64,000 nucleotides of DNA from Candidatus Multivoradales bacterium. GTDB taxonomy: Bacteria; Acidobacteriota; Thermoanaerobaculia; Multivoradales; JAHEKO01. Both the position numbers and the translations under genes were made by a program. The stretch spans positions 1,510,206 to 1,574,205 of the forward strand of contig CBDCXM010000009.1 in NCBI GenBank assembly GCA_965223855.1, written 5' to 3'. The first letter of the stretch is position 1, and each line of letters opens with the position of its first letter. Under the pieces are notes generated by a model, which saw only the letters and a program-made list of their open reading frames with translations, searched no databases and had not been told where the DNA came from. Shown here one piece after another: positions 12,411-22,782 of the stretch.

Positions 12411-12954
12411 ATGACTTCGAGCCCTCTCCGAGCCTTCGTCGCCGCCGCCTGCCTGGGCGCCGTCTCGACCGTAGGAGACTGGATCTGGGCACGCTGGATC
12501 CCGGACGGCGCGGTCGTTCCCGGGATCGTGCACGGCCTGCTGTTCTTCGTCGCTCTGGCGGTCGTGCTCGGCTGGGCCGGAGGGGTGCAGGACTCGACGA
12601 GGTCGCTACTCGCGACCCTGCCGGTCGCAGGACTCGCCCTGGCGGCGCTCTTCTACCCGGTCGCCGCGGCGATCGGCTACCTCGGGAGCCTGCTCGTGAC
12701 CTGGGCGGGCATGTGGCTCACGCTGGCCTGGTTGCTCCGTCGCGCGCTCCATGACCGGGAAAGCGGCGTCCGAACCCTCGGGCGTGCTGCGATCGCGATG
12801 ATCGGCTCGGGGCTCGCTCTTCTGGGCCGTCTCCGGCGTGTGGACCCGGCCTGCCGCCGAGACCGGCTACGGGCTCCGGTTCGTCTACTGGACGATCGCT
12901 TTCCTTCCCGGACTGCTCGCCCTCCTGGCCGGCCGCGACCAGCCAAGAGCCTGA
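12411..12954 (+). pseudogene. Membrane protein with an apparent +1/-1 frameshift near 12820-12835
   Basis: Reading frame with TM helices (MTSSPLRAFVAAACLGAV...AAIAMIGSGLALLG) switches frame at about 12825. It continues as '...VSGVWTRPAAETGYGLRFVYWTIAFLPGLLALLAGRDQPRA*', ending at 12954. Confidence 0.45.
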
Positions 12955-13108
12955 CAAACCCGGGTGCCCACCGAGAGATCTGTGCAGCGGGGTCTCGGCG
13001 TGCCGCTCCGAGGACTCCGGACCAGGGAGGCTCCGCGCTCGGGGAACTCTCCCGCGTGGGACCGGGTCTACCTCGACGAACCCGAACAACCTCGAGAGGA
13101 GGCCGGTC

Positions 13109-13750
13109 ATGTCGGAAGGCTCGCTGATGCAACTCATGCACGACGGAGGCTGGGTCATGTGGGTGCTGCTGTTGTTCTCCGGGGCTACGGTGGCGGTGGC
13201 GCTGCAACGGGTGGCGGTTCTGGGGCGTGCCGGTGGCAACGCCGCACCGGCGCTGCGCCGACTGCGCAAGCTGCTCGCAGCTGGAAGGCCGCACCGGGCT
13301 GCCGCGGAAGAGCTGGCCGCGGATGGAAGTTCCGTCGGCACCCTCCTGGCCGCCGGGCTGAGCCGGTCCGAAGGGTCGCGGGAGGAGCTCGAGGGGCATC
13401 TCGAGAGTGTGGCTCTGCGGGAGCTTCGCCGTCTCAACCGCGGCCTTGCCGTCCTCGCGGCGGTCGCCACAACGGCGCCGCTGCTCGGCTTCCTGGGCAC
13501 CGTCACCGGCATGATCGACTCTTTCGGCACCCTCGTCGAGGTGAGCCTGAGCAGGCCGGATCTCGTCGCTCGCGGCATCAAGGAGGCGCTGACGACGACC
13601 GCCGGCGGGCTGATGGTGGCCGTGCCGGCGCAGCTGCTCCTGCAGTGGTTGCGAGCCCGCATCGAGAGGATCGAAGGCGAGCTCGAGGCGGCGGCCAACG
13701 GCCTCCTCGACCTCGTCCGAAGGCGGGGAGGGGGCGTGGCGGCACCCTGA
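13109..13750 (+). CDS. MotA/TolQ/ExbB proton-channel family protein
   Basis: Conserved 'APLLGFLGTVTGMIDSF' motif and three TM helices. No ExbD/TolR/MotB partner adjacent. Confidence 0.75.
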   Translation: MSEGSLMQLMHDGGWVMWVLLLFSGATVAVALQRVAVLGRAGGNAAPALRRLRKLLAAGRPHRAAAEELAADGSSVGTLLAAGLSRSEGSREELEGHLESVALRELRRLNRGLAVLAAVATTAPLLGFLGTVTGMIDSFGTLVEVSLSRPDLVARGIKEALTTTAGGLMVAVPAQLLLQWLRARIERIEGELEAAANGLLDLVRRRGGGVAAP

Positions 13751-13754
13751 CGGG

Positions 13755-14420
13755 TCAGCGGCGGTAGGTTGCGCTCGGTACCCGTGAGGGCTCGGCGACC
13801 GCCCTGAGGTCGACGCCCAGCAGCACCCAGCCGAGAGCGACGATGACATTGCCGGCCACGGCGCCCCACAGGCCGGGCATCGTCGCACCGAGCACTGGCA
13901 CCAGCACCAGGCCCGAGAGGAAGGCAGCCGGTCCACGCCAAGGCAACAAGCCCTGACGCAGGATCACGATCGACATCGCTATCCAGCCGAGAGCGAAGAC
14001 ACCCGCCGAAACGGCGAAGGCTCTGTCGTAGGCTGTGAGGCTTCCGTCCCCTTCGATTCGAGCGAAGACCTGCGGGATCGTCGTGGCGAGGTCGCGGATC
14101 AGGGTGAACTGAACGAACTCGAGCCAGAAGGTGAGCACGCAGCCAAAGCCGGCGAGCAGGAAGGTGAACGCGCCGAGCCGCAGTCGGTCGGCGTGCGCCA
14201 GGTAGAGACCGATCACCCCCAGAGCCAACAGGGCGACGGAGACGCTGGCGAGTCCCATACGGGCGAAGAACGCGGAAGAGGACGCAACCGCCACCGTGCC
14301 CTCAGAGTAGGGGAGCCTCGGTGTCCACACGACGTTCGCCAGCGCTGCCAGAGCGCCCGCTGCGATCAGGCTGCTTCCGCAGAAGCGCATCACCCCGATT
14401 CGCCACTCTTCTTTCTGCAT
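13755..14420 (-). CDS. Polytopic membrane protein, hypothetical
   Basis: 221 aa with about 6 hydrophobic helices. No family recognised. Confidence 0.45.
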   Translation of the reverse strand: MQKEEWRIGVMRFCGSSLIAAGALAALANVVWTPRLPYSEGTVAVASSSAFFARMGLASVSVALLALGVIGLYLAHADRLRLGAFTFLLAGFGCVLTFWLEFVQFTLIRDLATTIPQVFARIEGDGSLTAYDRAFAVSAGVFALGWIAMSIVILRQGLLPWRGPAAFLSGLVLVPVLGATMPGLWGAVAGNVIVALGWVLLGVDLRAVAEPSRVPSATYRR

Positions 14421-14518
14421 GGGTCGCGCCAGTCTAGCCTGCCGATCTCACTCCGCCCCTATCCCGTGGTTCGGGCATCAGGGGACCGAGCTGCCTGGGG
14501 CCGTTCGCGATCGGCCTT

Positions 14519-15385
14519 ATGCTGGCCGTCATGCGTGCCCTGACTTCGCGCACCATCGCCGGGACCTTGCTGGCCTTGCTCGCCTTCGCGGGCAACTCGG
14601 TGCTGTGCCGCATGGCTCTCGGCGGTGCGTCGATCGATCCCGCCGGCTTCACGATTCTCAGGCTGGTCGCCGGCGCCGCCTCCCTCTGGCTCTGGGTCGG
14701 CCTCGGCCGGCATCGCTGGCAGGTCGGCCTGTCCGGCCGCCGGTTGATCTCCGGGCTGTGGCTTGCGGTCTACGCAGTCGGCTTCTCTATCGCTTATCTG
14801 GAGCTGACGACCGGTACCGGCGCACTGATCCTCTTCGGCGCCGTGCAGTTGACGATGCTCATTGGCGGTGCGTTGCGTGGGGAGCGGCCCGGTTGGAAGG
14901 AGTGCCTGGGTGCCGCGAGCGCTCTCGGAGGGCTGGTCTATCTGCTCTCGCCGACGGTCGAGCGGCCCACGCCCACGAGCGGATTGCTGATGCTCGTGGC
15001 GGGCATCGCCTGGGGGCTCTACTCACTGCGTGGAAGAGGGGCTGCCGACCCGGTCGAGGAGACGGCGGGCAACTTCGTGGCGGCGCTCCCCTGGGCGCTG
15101 CTGGCGCTGCTGCCGTTCTACGGCCGGCTCGCCGTGTCCTCCGAGGGTGCGTGGCTCGCCGTGATCTCGGGCGCCGTCACCTCCGGGCTCGGCTACGTCG
15201 TCTGGTACTCGGTCGTGGGCCGGCTGACCGCCACCCAGGCCGCGACGGCGCAGCTCACGGTGCCCGTCCTCACCGCGGCGGCTGGGGTCGCGGCGCTGGG
15301 GGAGGCGATCTCGCCCCGCTGGGTGCTTGCCGCTATTCTGGTGCTGGGAGGAGCGGCACTGACCCTCGGCCGCCGCTCCGGCTGA
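14519..15385 (+). CDS. DMT-superfamily (EamA-like) transporter
   Basis: 288 aa, about 10 TM helices with duplicated EamA-like halves. Confidence 0.75.
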   Translation: MLAVMRALTSRTIAGTLLALLAFAGNSVLCRMALGGASIDPAGFTILRLVAGAASLWLWVGLGRHRWQVGLSGRRLISGLWLAVYAVGFSIAYLELTTGTGALILFGAVQLTMLIGGALRGERPGWKECLGAASALGGLVYLLSPTVERPTPTSGLLMLVAGIAWGLYSLRGRGAADPVEETAGNFVAALPWALLALLPFYGRLAVSSEGAWLAVISGAVTSGLGYVVWYSVVGRLTATQAATAQLTVPVLTAAAGVAALGEAISPRWVLAAILVLGGAALTLGRRSG

Positions 15386-15472
15386 CCCTGCTTCCGATGT
15401 CCTGCTCCTGATGCCCGCTTACCCCGACGAGATCGCCAGGAACTCTCGAGCCGCCGCCGAGGTCCTTTCAGC

Positions 15473-17129
15473 TTGAAGCCGATCCTCGTGGCGTGGGGTG
15501 TCGCCGGCGCGCTGGCCCTGGCGCTGGCCTGGGACTCCTCCGTCAAGGTCCTCCATGGCCCCCACGACAGCTCGCTCTACGTCGAGCGGGCCGACGACAT
15601 CCTGGAGGGTGAAGTCGCCCCGTACGACCCTCTGGTTCTGATGCGACTGCCGGGGTATCCGGCTCTGCTGGCCTTCAACGGTCGGCTGGGATGGCCGCTT
15701 CACGTAACGCAGCAGGTGCTGCATCTGCTGAGTGTGCTGGCGCTGCTGATCGCTCTCCATGCGGTCGGAGTGCCGCGCCGGCTTCTGGCGGCTCTGGCGG
15801 TGCTTTCCGCCTTCCATCCCGCCTTCTTCGTCCAGACGACGATCGCCTACTCGGAGGGACTCTCGACACCTGCACTGACCGCCTCGGTCGCAGCTCTCCT
15901 GGGTCTGCTGGCGGCGTCGGGCGCCGGTGCGGGACTCGCGAGGACGAGTCAGCTGATGGCGCCTCTCGCCTGGAGCGCACTGCTCGCTGTCTCGCTCTCG
16001 GTCCTGTGGAACACACGGCCGGACTCGGTGGTGGTCGTGCCCTCCGCACTCCTCGTGGCGATCCTGTGGGTGCGCTTCGCCTGGCGGACGCCCGGCCGGG
16101 GAAGTGCGGTCGACCTCGTTCGCGTGTTGTTCCTCCTGCTGGCTCCCGTGATCGCGGTCTTCGCGACGAGTCGCGTACGTGGCGCACTTCAACGTCGATC
16201 GCTACGGATTCGAAGGGCGCTACGAGCTCGAAGAGACGAACTTCCGAAGCGCCTTCGAGACCCTGGCGCGGCTGGCGCCGGAGTCACGGATCCGGCAGGT
16301 GCCTGTCTCCCGCGCCGGTCTGGAAGCCGCCTGCGAGCACAGCCCGAGCTTCCTTCCCCTCGAGCGGTACCTTTCCTGGCAGAAGGGCGGCAAGGGGTTC
16401 ACCGGACCCGGCTGCCGGCAGTACGAACTATGCGACGAGTTCGTGGGCGGCGTCGCCTTCATCGCTCTGCGTCATGCCGCCTGGCAGGCGGGCATGCATG
16501 CCTCGGCGGAGGCTGCGAGCGACTTCTACGGCCGTGTGCATCGGGAGCTCGAGGAGGCGTGCTCCGAAGGAGCCCTGTCCTGTAGCGCCAACCCGACCGG
16601 CACCCTCTACTCCACGCCGCTGCGCCTCGAGGATCTACCCCACGTCGCGGCGTCGGCCGGACGGGTCGGCTGGGATTGGCTGACGCTCGGCGGCCTCTAC
16701 TCGATGACGCAGCAGCTTTCCGTTCCGAGGGAGGTCGACGAGGAACTCGTCGGGGCGTTTCGCCGGGTGACCCACGATGTGGACTCGCCCTGGCGCTACT
16801 GGGCGGGTCGAGCGACGCGAGTGCACATGCTGTCGTTCGCGGCACTGCAGATCCTGGTTCTGCCGTTGGCCCTGGTCGCGGGGGTCCGCCGGTGGAAGCA
16901 GCGCCCTTCGCGATCGCGGTTCGGCCCCGCCCTGGCCTGCCTGCTGCTCGTCGTCGCCGGTCAACTCGCGCTGGTCGCGTTCCTGGACGCGATGGGCCTT
17001 CCCTTCAGGATTCGCTTCCTGCTGCCGATCTACCCGGCGACGCTCGCGCTTCTGGGTGTGCTGGTGGCGCACCTGCGACCACCAAGGCCGTCTCTCCCGG
17101 CAAGCGCATTCGGGGAGACGGACAGCTGA
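15473..17129 (+). pseudogene. Large polytopic membrane protein, possibly a GT-C-type glycosyltransferase, with a frameshift near 16140-16176
   Basis: Two consecutive ORFs in different frames (15473.. and 16179..17129) encode an N-terminal multi-TM region with an acidic first loop (YVERADDILEG), a soluble domain and three C-terminal TM helices. The junction reads ...AVFATSR|VAHFNVDRY. Confidence 0.45.
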
Positions 17130-17171
17130 GACGGGTCCACTCGACGCAGGGCTGTCCGGCGGGTCAGCCGG

Positions 17172-18539
17172 CTACCCGAGATCGACGCCGCTGCGCCGCA
17201 GGACTGCATCGAGCGCCTCGCCGGCCCGGCGCCGGATCTCGACCGGGTCGAGGTGGGTGAGGCGGCCCTCTTCGACCAGCAGGCGACCGTCCACCACGAC
17301 GTGGCGCACATCGGCGCGGGAGCTCGAGTAGGCGACCAGGTCGTGCGGATCGGCGAGATGGCTCCAACTCTCGGGCCGCTCCCTGGAGAGCACCAGCACG
17401 TCGGCGGCCTGTCCCGGAGCGAGGGTGCCGGTGCTCCCTCCGAGACCGATCGCCCGCGCCCCTTCGCTGGTCGCCAGCCGCAGGGCGTCGAGACCGGAGA
17501 AGGCCTCCGGCCCGTGCCGCACGTGCTGCAGGAGGGCGGCGAGTCGCAGCTCTTTCAAAGCGTCGAGGTCGTTGCTGCACGGTGCGCCGTCCGCTCCCAG
17601 GCCGACCGGGATGCCGGCGGCACGGATGCCGACCACGTCGGCGATTCCCGAGCCGAGCTTCAGGTTCGAGCTCGGGCAGTGGACGACGCTGAAGCGGGAG
17701 CCGTCGACGCGGCGCAGGTGCGGTTGCTCCAGCTGGACGCCGTGAGCGATGCACAGATGCCGGGCCAGCACGCCGGTGTCGTCGAAGTACTCGATCTCGT
17801 CCCGGCCGCCCTTGAGCTGTCGCACAGCAGCGGTCTCCTCTTTCTGCTCCAGGGCGTGGGTGTGGATCGGCCAGCCACGGGCTGAGGAGAGATCCCGCAA
17901 CCCCTGCCACAGCTCATCGGAGCAGCTCAGGATGAAGCGCGGGTTGAGCCCGTAGCGCAGTCGCCCGCCGTCGCCGCCGTCGAACGCCGAGCCGAGCTCG
18001 GCGGTGTGGGCGAGGGTGGCGTCGGTGTCTTCGCGCATCGCGCCCGGCAGCGCGTCGCCCGCGTCCATCAGGCACTTGCCGGCCAGCGCGCGCAGCCCCG
18101 AGTCCTCGAGCGCCCGCAGCAGGCCGGCCGCCCCCGGGCCGATGCCGATGTCCTGCACCGTCGTCGTGCCGGACAGCAGACACTCGGCGGCGCCGAGCAT
18201 CGAACACCAGTAGGCGCTCTCGTCGTCGTGCCCGGCCTCGAACGGCCAGATGCGTTCCTCGAGCCAGGGGAGGAGTCTGCGCCGTTCGGCCAGGCCACGG
18301 AAGATCGTCTGCCCGAGGTGGACATGACCCTGGATCAGGCCGGGGAGGACGAAGCAGTCGCCGACATCGAGCACCCGGGCGTCCTCCGGTGCTTCGAGCG
18401 AGGGACCCAGCGCTTCGATGAGCCCACCCCGCAGCAGCAGGTCGCCGGCAACCACGCTCGCTCCAGCGTCGAGCGTCAGCAGGGTGCCGCCCTTGAGCAG
18501 CAGCGGCGAGCGCGGAATGGAGGCCGGACGGTCGCTCAT
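17172..18539 (-). CDS. Amidohydrolase-family deaminase (guanine deaminase / MtaD-SsnA-like)
   Basis: 455 aa. Contains 'PGLIQGHVHL', 'HTHALEQ' and 'VVHCPSSNLKLGSG' motifs of the chlorohydrolase/guanine deaminase group. Divergent from the purine permease. Start refined to the Met of 'MSDRPASIP' (18539). Confidence 0.75.
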   Translation of the reverse strand: MSDRPASIPRSPLLLKGGTLLTLDAGASVVAGDLLLRGGLIEALGPSLEAPEDARVLDVGDCFVLPGLIQGHVHLGQTIFRGLAERRRLLPWLEERIWPFEAGHDDESAYWCSMLGAAECLLSGTTTVQDIGIGPGAAGLLRALEDSGLRALAGKCLMDAGDALPGAMREDTDATLAHTAELGSAFDGGDGGRLRYGLNPRFILSCSDELWQGLRDLSSARGWPIHTHALEQKEETAAVRQLKGGRDEIEYFDDTGVLARHLCIAHGVQLEQPHLRRVDGSRFSVVHCPSSNLKLGSGIADVVGIRAAGIPVGLGADGAPCSNDLDALKELRLAALLQHVRHGPEAFSGLDALRLATSEGARAIGLGGSTGTLAPGQAADVLVLSRERPESWSHLADPHDLVAYSSSRADVRHVVVDGRLLVEEGRLTHLDPVEIRRRAGEALDAVLRRSGVDLG

Positions 18540-18593
18540 CGGTCTTCGATTGTAGTGGCCGCTCGGCCTCCGGCCGGCGGTAGACTGACCGCA

Positions 18594-19886
18594 ATGCTCG
18601 AAAGGATGTTCCGACTTCGCGAACGGGGCACGTCCGCCGGGACCGAGGTGCGGGCCGGCACGGTGACCTTCCTCACCATGTCCTACATCCTGTTCGTCAA
18701 CCCGAGGATCCTCGCGGAGGCGGGGTTGCCGGCCGAAGACGTCGCCGTCGCCACGGCGCTCGCCGCTGCCCTGGCGACCCTGGCGATGGGCCTGCTGGCC
18801 GACTATCCGTTCGCGCTCGCCCCGGGAATGGGCCTCAACGCCTACTTCACCTACGGCGTCGTGCTCGGCATGGGAGTCGAGTGGCAGGTCGCCCTGGCGG
18901 CCGTCTTCGTCGAGGGGGTGCTGTTCCTGCTGCTGGCACTGGGCGGTGCGCGCACGGCTCTCCTCAAGGCCATCCCGCCGTCGCTCAAGCTCGCGACCAT
19001 GAGCGGCATCGGCCTGTTCCTCGCCATCATCGGTTTCGAGAACGCCGGCTGGGTGGTCGATCACCCCGTGACGCTGGTCACCGCCGGAGACCTGAGCGAT
19101 CCGGCGGCGCTCCTGGCGCTCGGCGGTCTGCTGCTGATCGCCGCTCTGATGGCGCGGCGCATCCGTGGCGCGATGCTGATCGGCATCGTGGCGGTGACGG
19201 CCGCGGTGTGGGCCGCCGGTGTCGCCGCGCCGCCGGAACGGCTGTTCAGCCTGCCGCACCTGCCGCGCGAGACCTTCCTCGCGCTCGACTTCAGCGGCCT
19301 GCTGGCCGGCAAGACCGTGATGGTGATCCTCGCCTTCCTGTTCGTCGATCTCTTCGACACCGCCGGCACGCTGATCGGCGTCGGCCGACTCGCCGGCCTG
19401 GTGGACGACAAGGGCGAGCTGCCACGCGCCGACCGCGCCTTCGCGGCGGACGCCCTCGGCACCTCGGCCGGAGCGCTGCTGGGGACCAGCACCGTGACGA
19501 GCTACGTCGAGTCCGCGACCGGAGTGGAGGAGGGGGGGCGCACCGGGCTGACAGCCGTGGTCACCAGCGGCTGGTTCCTGCTGGCGCTCTTCTTCACTCC
19601 TCTCCTGGTCGCCGTGCCGGCGGCGGCGACCGCACCGGCGCTGGTGGCGGTCGGTGCCCTGATGCTCCAGGGGGCCCGGGAGGTCGATTGGAAGCGCGCC
19701 GACGAGGCGGTGCCGGCGTTCGTCACCATGGTGGCGATGCCGCTCACCTACTCGATCGCCAACGGGATCAGTCTCGGCATCGTCTCGTTCGTCGCCATCA
19801 AGGCGTTGGCCGGGCGGCTCAGGGAAGCACACCCGATCCTGATCGGCGTCGCGATCGCGCTGGTGATCTTCCATGGCCTGCGCTGA
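18594..19886 (+). CDS. NCS2-family purine permease (AzgA-like adenine/guanine/hypoxanthine transporter)
   Basis: 431 aa. N-terminal 'MLERMFRLRERGTSAGTEVRAGTVTFLTMSYILFVNPRIL' and about 13 TM helices, typical of the AzgA/PurP family. Confidence 0.85.
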   Translation: MLERMFRLRERGTSAGTEVRAGTVTFLTMSYILFVNPRILAEAGLPAEDVAVATALAAALATLAMGLLADYPFALAPGMGLNAYFTYGVVLGMGVEWQVALAAVFVEGVLFLLLALGGARTALLKAIPPSLKLATMSGIGLFLAIIGFENAGWVVDHPVTLVTAGDLSDPAALLALGGLLLIAALMARRIRGAMLIGIVAVTAAVWAAGVAAPPERLFSLPHLPRETFLALDFSGLLAGKTVMVILAFLFVDLFDTAGTLIGVGRLAGLVDDKGELPRADRAFAADALGTSAGALLGTSTVTSYVESATGVEEGGRTGLTAVVTSGWFLLALFFTPLLVAVPAAATAPALVAVGALMLQGAREVDWKRADEAVPAFVTMVAMPLTYSIANGISLGIVSFVAIKALAGRLREAHPILIGVAIALVIFHGLR

Positions 19887-19931
19887 GGTGAGCTCCTGAG
19901 CCACACGCTCTCAGCCGTCACCGGGCGGCGG

Positions 19932-21256
19932 GTGGTGACGCCCGACGGTGTCCGGCCGGCGACGATCCGGTTCGAGGGGGGGCGGATCGCCGCTGTGGAG
20001 GACTACGGCCGGGAACCGACCGGACCCGAGGTCCTCGACGCCGGGGATCGGGTGGTGTCGCCCGGCCTGATCGACAGCCACGTCCACGTCAACGAACCCG
20101 GGCGGACCGACTGGGAAGGGTTCGCGTCAGCGACTCGCGCCGCCGCGGCCGGTGGGATCACCACGCTGATCGACATGCCGCTCAACTCGATTCCGGCAAC
20201 GACGACGGTCGAGGCTCTGGAGACCAAGCGGGGAGCCGCCGCCGGCCGGTGCCGGGTCGACGTCGGCTTCTGGGGCGGCGTGGTCCCCGGCAACTCCACC
20301 GAACTCGCCGGCCTGGCAGCCGCCGGAGTCTGCGGATTCAAGGCGTTCCTGGTCGACTCGGGAGTGGAGGAGTTCGAAGCGATCTCGCTCGAAGAGCTGG
20401 CCGCGATGGCGCCGGAAGATCGTCGAAGACCGGTCTGCCGCTGCTGGTCCACAGCGAGGCGGCGGAGGTGATCCGCAGGGCGCAGGCCGCTTCCGGGTCG
20501 GGCCGCGAGTACGCCAGCTACCTGGCCAGCCGCCCGGCCGAAGCCGAACTGGCGGCGATCGAGGGGCTCCTGGCGATCGCCGAGGAGTCTGGTCTGCGCC
20601 TCCACATCGTGCATCTCGCTGCGGACCAGCCACTGCCGCGACTCCGGGAAGCGCGGTCGCGCGGGGTGAGCGTCACCGTCGAAACCTGCCCGCACTACCT
20701 TAACCTTCGCCGCCGAGGAGATCGAGGACGGAGCGACCGAGTTCAAGTGTGCACCGCCCATTCGGAGCTCGGCGGTGCGAGAGGCCCTGTGGGATGCGTT
20801 GATCGACGGCGATCTCGACATGGTGGCGAGCGACCACTCTCCGAGCCCGCCCGAACTGAAGGACACCGACGACTTCTTCACCGCCTGGGGCGGCATCGCC
20901 TCGCTCCAGCTGCTGCTTCCCGCGACCTGGACCGGTGCCGTGGCCCGAGGGGTCGATCTCGGGACGCTGTCGCGGTGGCTGTCCGAGCGCCCGGCCGCGC
21001 TCGCCGGCCTCGGTCGACGCAAGGGGCAGGCTGGCGCCGGGGCTGGGACGCCGACCTGGTGATCTGGGACCCCGACGCCAAGTTCGAGGTCGACCCGAGC
21101 CGCCTCGAGCACCGCCACCCGGTGACCCCCTACGCGGGACGACGCCTCCGGGGAGTCATCGAAGCCACTATCCTCGGGGGTGCACTGATCCATGATCGGG
21201 GCCGACAGCTCGGTCCCGCCGCCGGTTCACTCCTGACACCCCGACTCGCCCGATGA
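19932..21256 (+). pseudogene. allB: Allantoinase (cyclic amidohydrolase) interrupted by three frameshifts
   Basis: The allantoinase/dihydropyrimidinase signature '[21 protein letters not shown]...[19 protein letters not shown]' continues across frames 0, 2, 0 and 2. Shifts lie at about 20415-20425, about 20700-20705 (ttaacc) and about 21036-21042 (gccgggg). The C-terminal '[12 protein letters not shown]...RHPVTPYAG' is intact in the final frame. Confidence 0.8.
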
Positions 21257-22782
21257 ACGACCTCGACCTTCCCGACTTCCTGGACCTTCCCGATCTCGCC
21301 TGCGCCCGCCTCGGCGGGGAAGTGCTGGCCGCCAACGACGACTTCTTCGCCGAGAAAGAGAACCTCGTTCTCGACTCGGCACCGCACTGGGATCCCGATC
21401 GCTACACCGACCGCGGCAAGTGGATGGACGGCTGGGAGACGCGGCGGCGGCGTGACGAGGGCTACGACTGGTGCATCGTCCGCCTCGGCCTGCCGGGGAT
21501 CGTCCGCGGGGTCGTCGTCGATACCGCCCACTTCCGCGGCAACTACCCGGAGAGCTGCTCGATCGAAGGCTGCTGCCTGCCGGACGGAGCGTCGGCCGAG
21601 GAGGTCCTGGCCGAGGAGATCGAGTGGCTGGAGATCCTCGCTCGCGCTCCGCTCGAAGGAAACAGCGAGAACCGGTTCGCCGTCGATACCCCCTTCCGCT
21701 TCACCCACCTGCGGCTCAACATCTATCCCGACGGCGGGGTGGCGCGTCTGCGGGTTCACGGCGAGGTCGTACCCGCGCTCGAGTGCCTGACCTCCGAAGC
21801 CGCCATGGATCTCCTCGCCCTCGAGCACGGCGGCCGGGTGCTCGGCGCCAGCGACCGCTTCTTCAGCTCCCCCGAGAACCTGCTGCGGCCCGGCGATCCC
21901 ACCGGCATGCACGACGGCTGGGAGACCAAACGCCGACGCGGGCGCGGCAACGATTGGGCCGTCTTCCGACTCGCCGCCCCCGGGGTACCGAACCGGGTCG
22001 AGGTCGACACCCGCTTCTTCAAGGGCAACGCCCCCGGAAGCTGCTCGATCGAGGCCCTCACGCTGCCTCTCGAGGACGACGCCCGAGCGCTCGAGGATGA
22101 TGCCGAGTGGCAGACCCTCCTCCCCAGGACCGACCTCCAACCGCACCATCAGCACGCCTTCGATCTCGAGCAGCCTTCGGGGCCGATCACCCACCTGCGA
22201 CTCCAGACCTACCCCGACGGCGGCGTCGCCCGCCTCAGGTTGTGGGGCGTGCCTGACAGAAAGGCGGCTCCGGCGCTCGCCCTCCGCGAGCTCAACTGCC
22301 TGCCACCCGCACTGGCCGGTGCCAGACTCCTCGACTGCTGCGGCGCCTCCACCTGGGCCGCCGCGATGACCGCGCGCCGACCCTTCCCCGACCCGGCGAG
22401 TCTCCGAACCGCCGCCGAGGAGGAAGCCGACCGCCTCACTGACGACCAGTGGCTCGAGGCCTTCGCTGCTCACCCGCCGATCGGCGGCGACCAGGCCGAA
22501 CGACCCCGCGGCGAGACCTCCGCCCGCTGGTCGAGCCAGGAACAGTCCGGCGTCGCAGAGGCCGGCGACGAAGTCCGAGCCCGCCTCGCCGAGGCCAACC
22601 GCCTCTACCGCGAGCGCTTCGGCTACGGCTTCATCGTCTGCGCCACCGGCAAGACGGCGGAAGAGATGCTCGCCCTGATCGAAGAGAGAATGACCCACGA
22701 CCCATCGGAGGAGATCGCCGTGGCGGCCGAAGAAGAGAAAAAGATCATGCGCCTGAGACTCGAACGGCTGGTGCCCGCATGA
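21253..22782 (+). CDS. Bifunctional allantoicase / OHCU decarboxylase
   Basis: N-terminal two allantoicase repeats (GWETRRRR...CSIEGC, GWETKRRRG...CSIEAL). C-terminal OHCU decarboxylase (UraD)-like domain (LLDCCGASTWAAAM...FIVCATGKTAEEMLALIEER). Confidence 0.8.
   Translation: MNDLDLPDFLDLPDLACARLGGEVLAANDDFFAEKENLVLDSAPHWDPDRYTDRGKWMDGWETRRRRDEGYDWCIVRLGLPGIVRGVVVDTAHFRGNYPESCSIEGCCLPDGASAEEVLAEEIEWLEILARAPLEGNSENRFAVDTPFRFTHLRLNIYPDGGVARLRVHGEVVPALECLTSEAAMDLLALEHGGRVLGASDRFFSSPENLLRPGDPTGMHDGWETKRRRGRGNDWAVFRLAAPGVPNRVEVDTRFFKGNAPGSCSIEALTLPLEDDARALEDDAEWQTLLPRTDLQPHHQHAFDLEQPSGPITHLRLQTYPDGGVARLRLWGVPDRKAAPALALRELNCLPPALAGARLLDCCGASTWAAAMTARRPFPDPASLRTAAEEEADRLTDDQWLEAFAAHPPIGGDQAERPRGETSARWSSQEQSGVAEAGDEVRARLAEANRLYRERFGYGFIVCATGKTAEEMLALIEERMTHDPSEEIAVAAEEEKKIMRLRLERLVPA

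Noticed and set aside
12677-13941. Two overlapping >400-aa minus-strand ORFs (419 aa and 407 aa).
   Set aside because: Extremely Arg/Pro/Ser/Gly-rich with no motifs. Lies antisense to a well-supported MotA/TolQ/ExbB gene and the frameshifted membrane gene. Typical spurious high-GC ORFs.
17172-19904. 910-aa minus-strand ORF and the first 196 codons of the 626-aa plus-strand ORF.
   Set aside because: Only the 3' 455 codons of the minus ORF (amidohydrolase) and the part of the plus ORF after ATG 18594 (NCS2 permease) carry protein signatures. The remainders are mutual antisense read-through.
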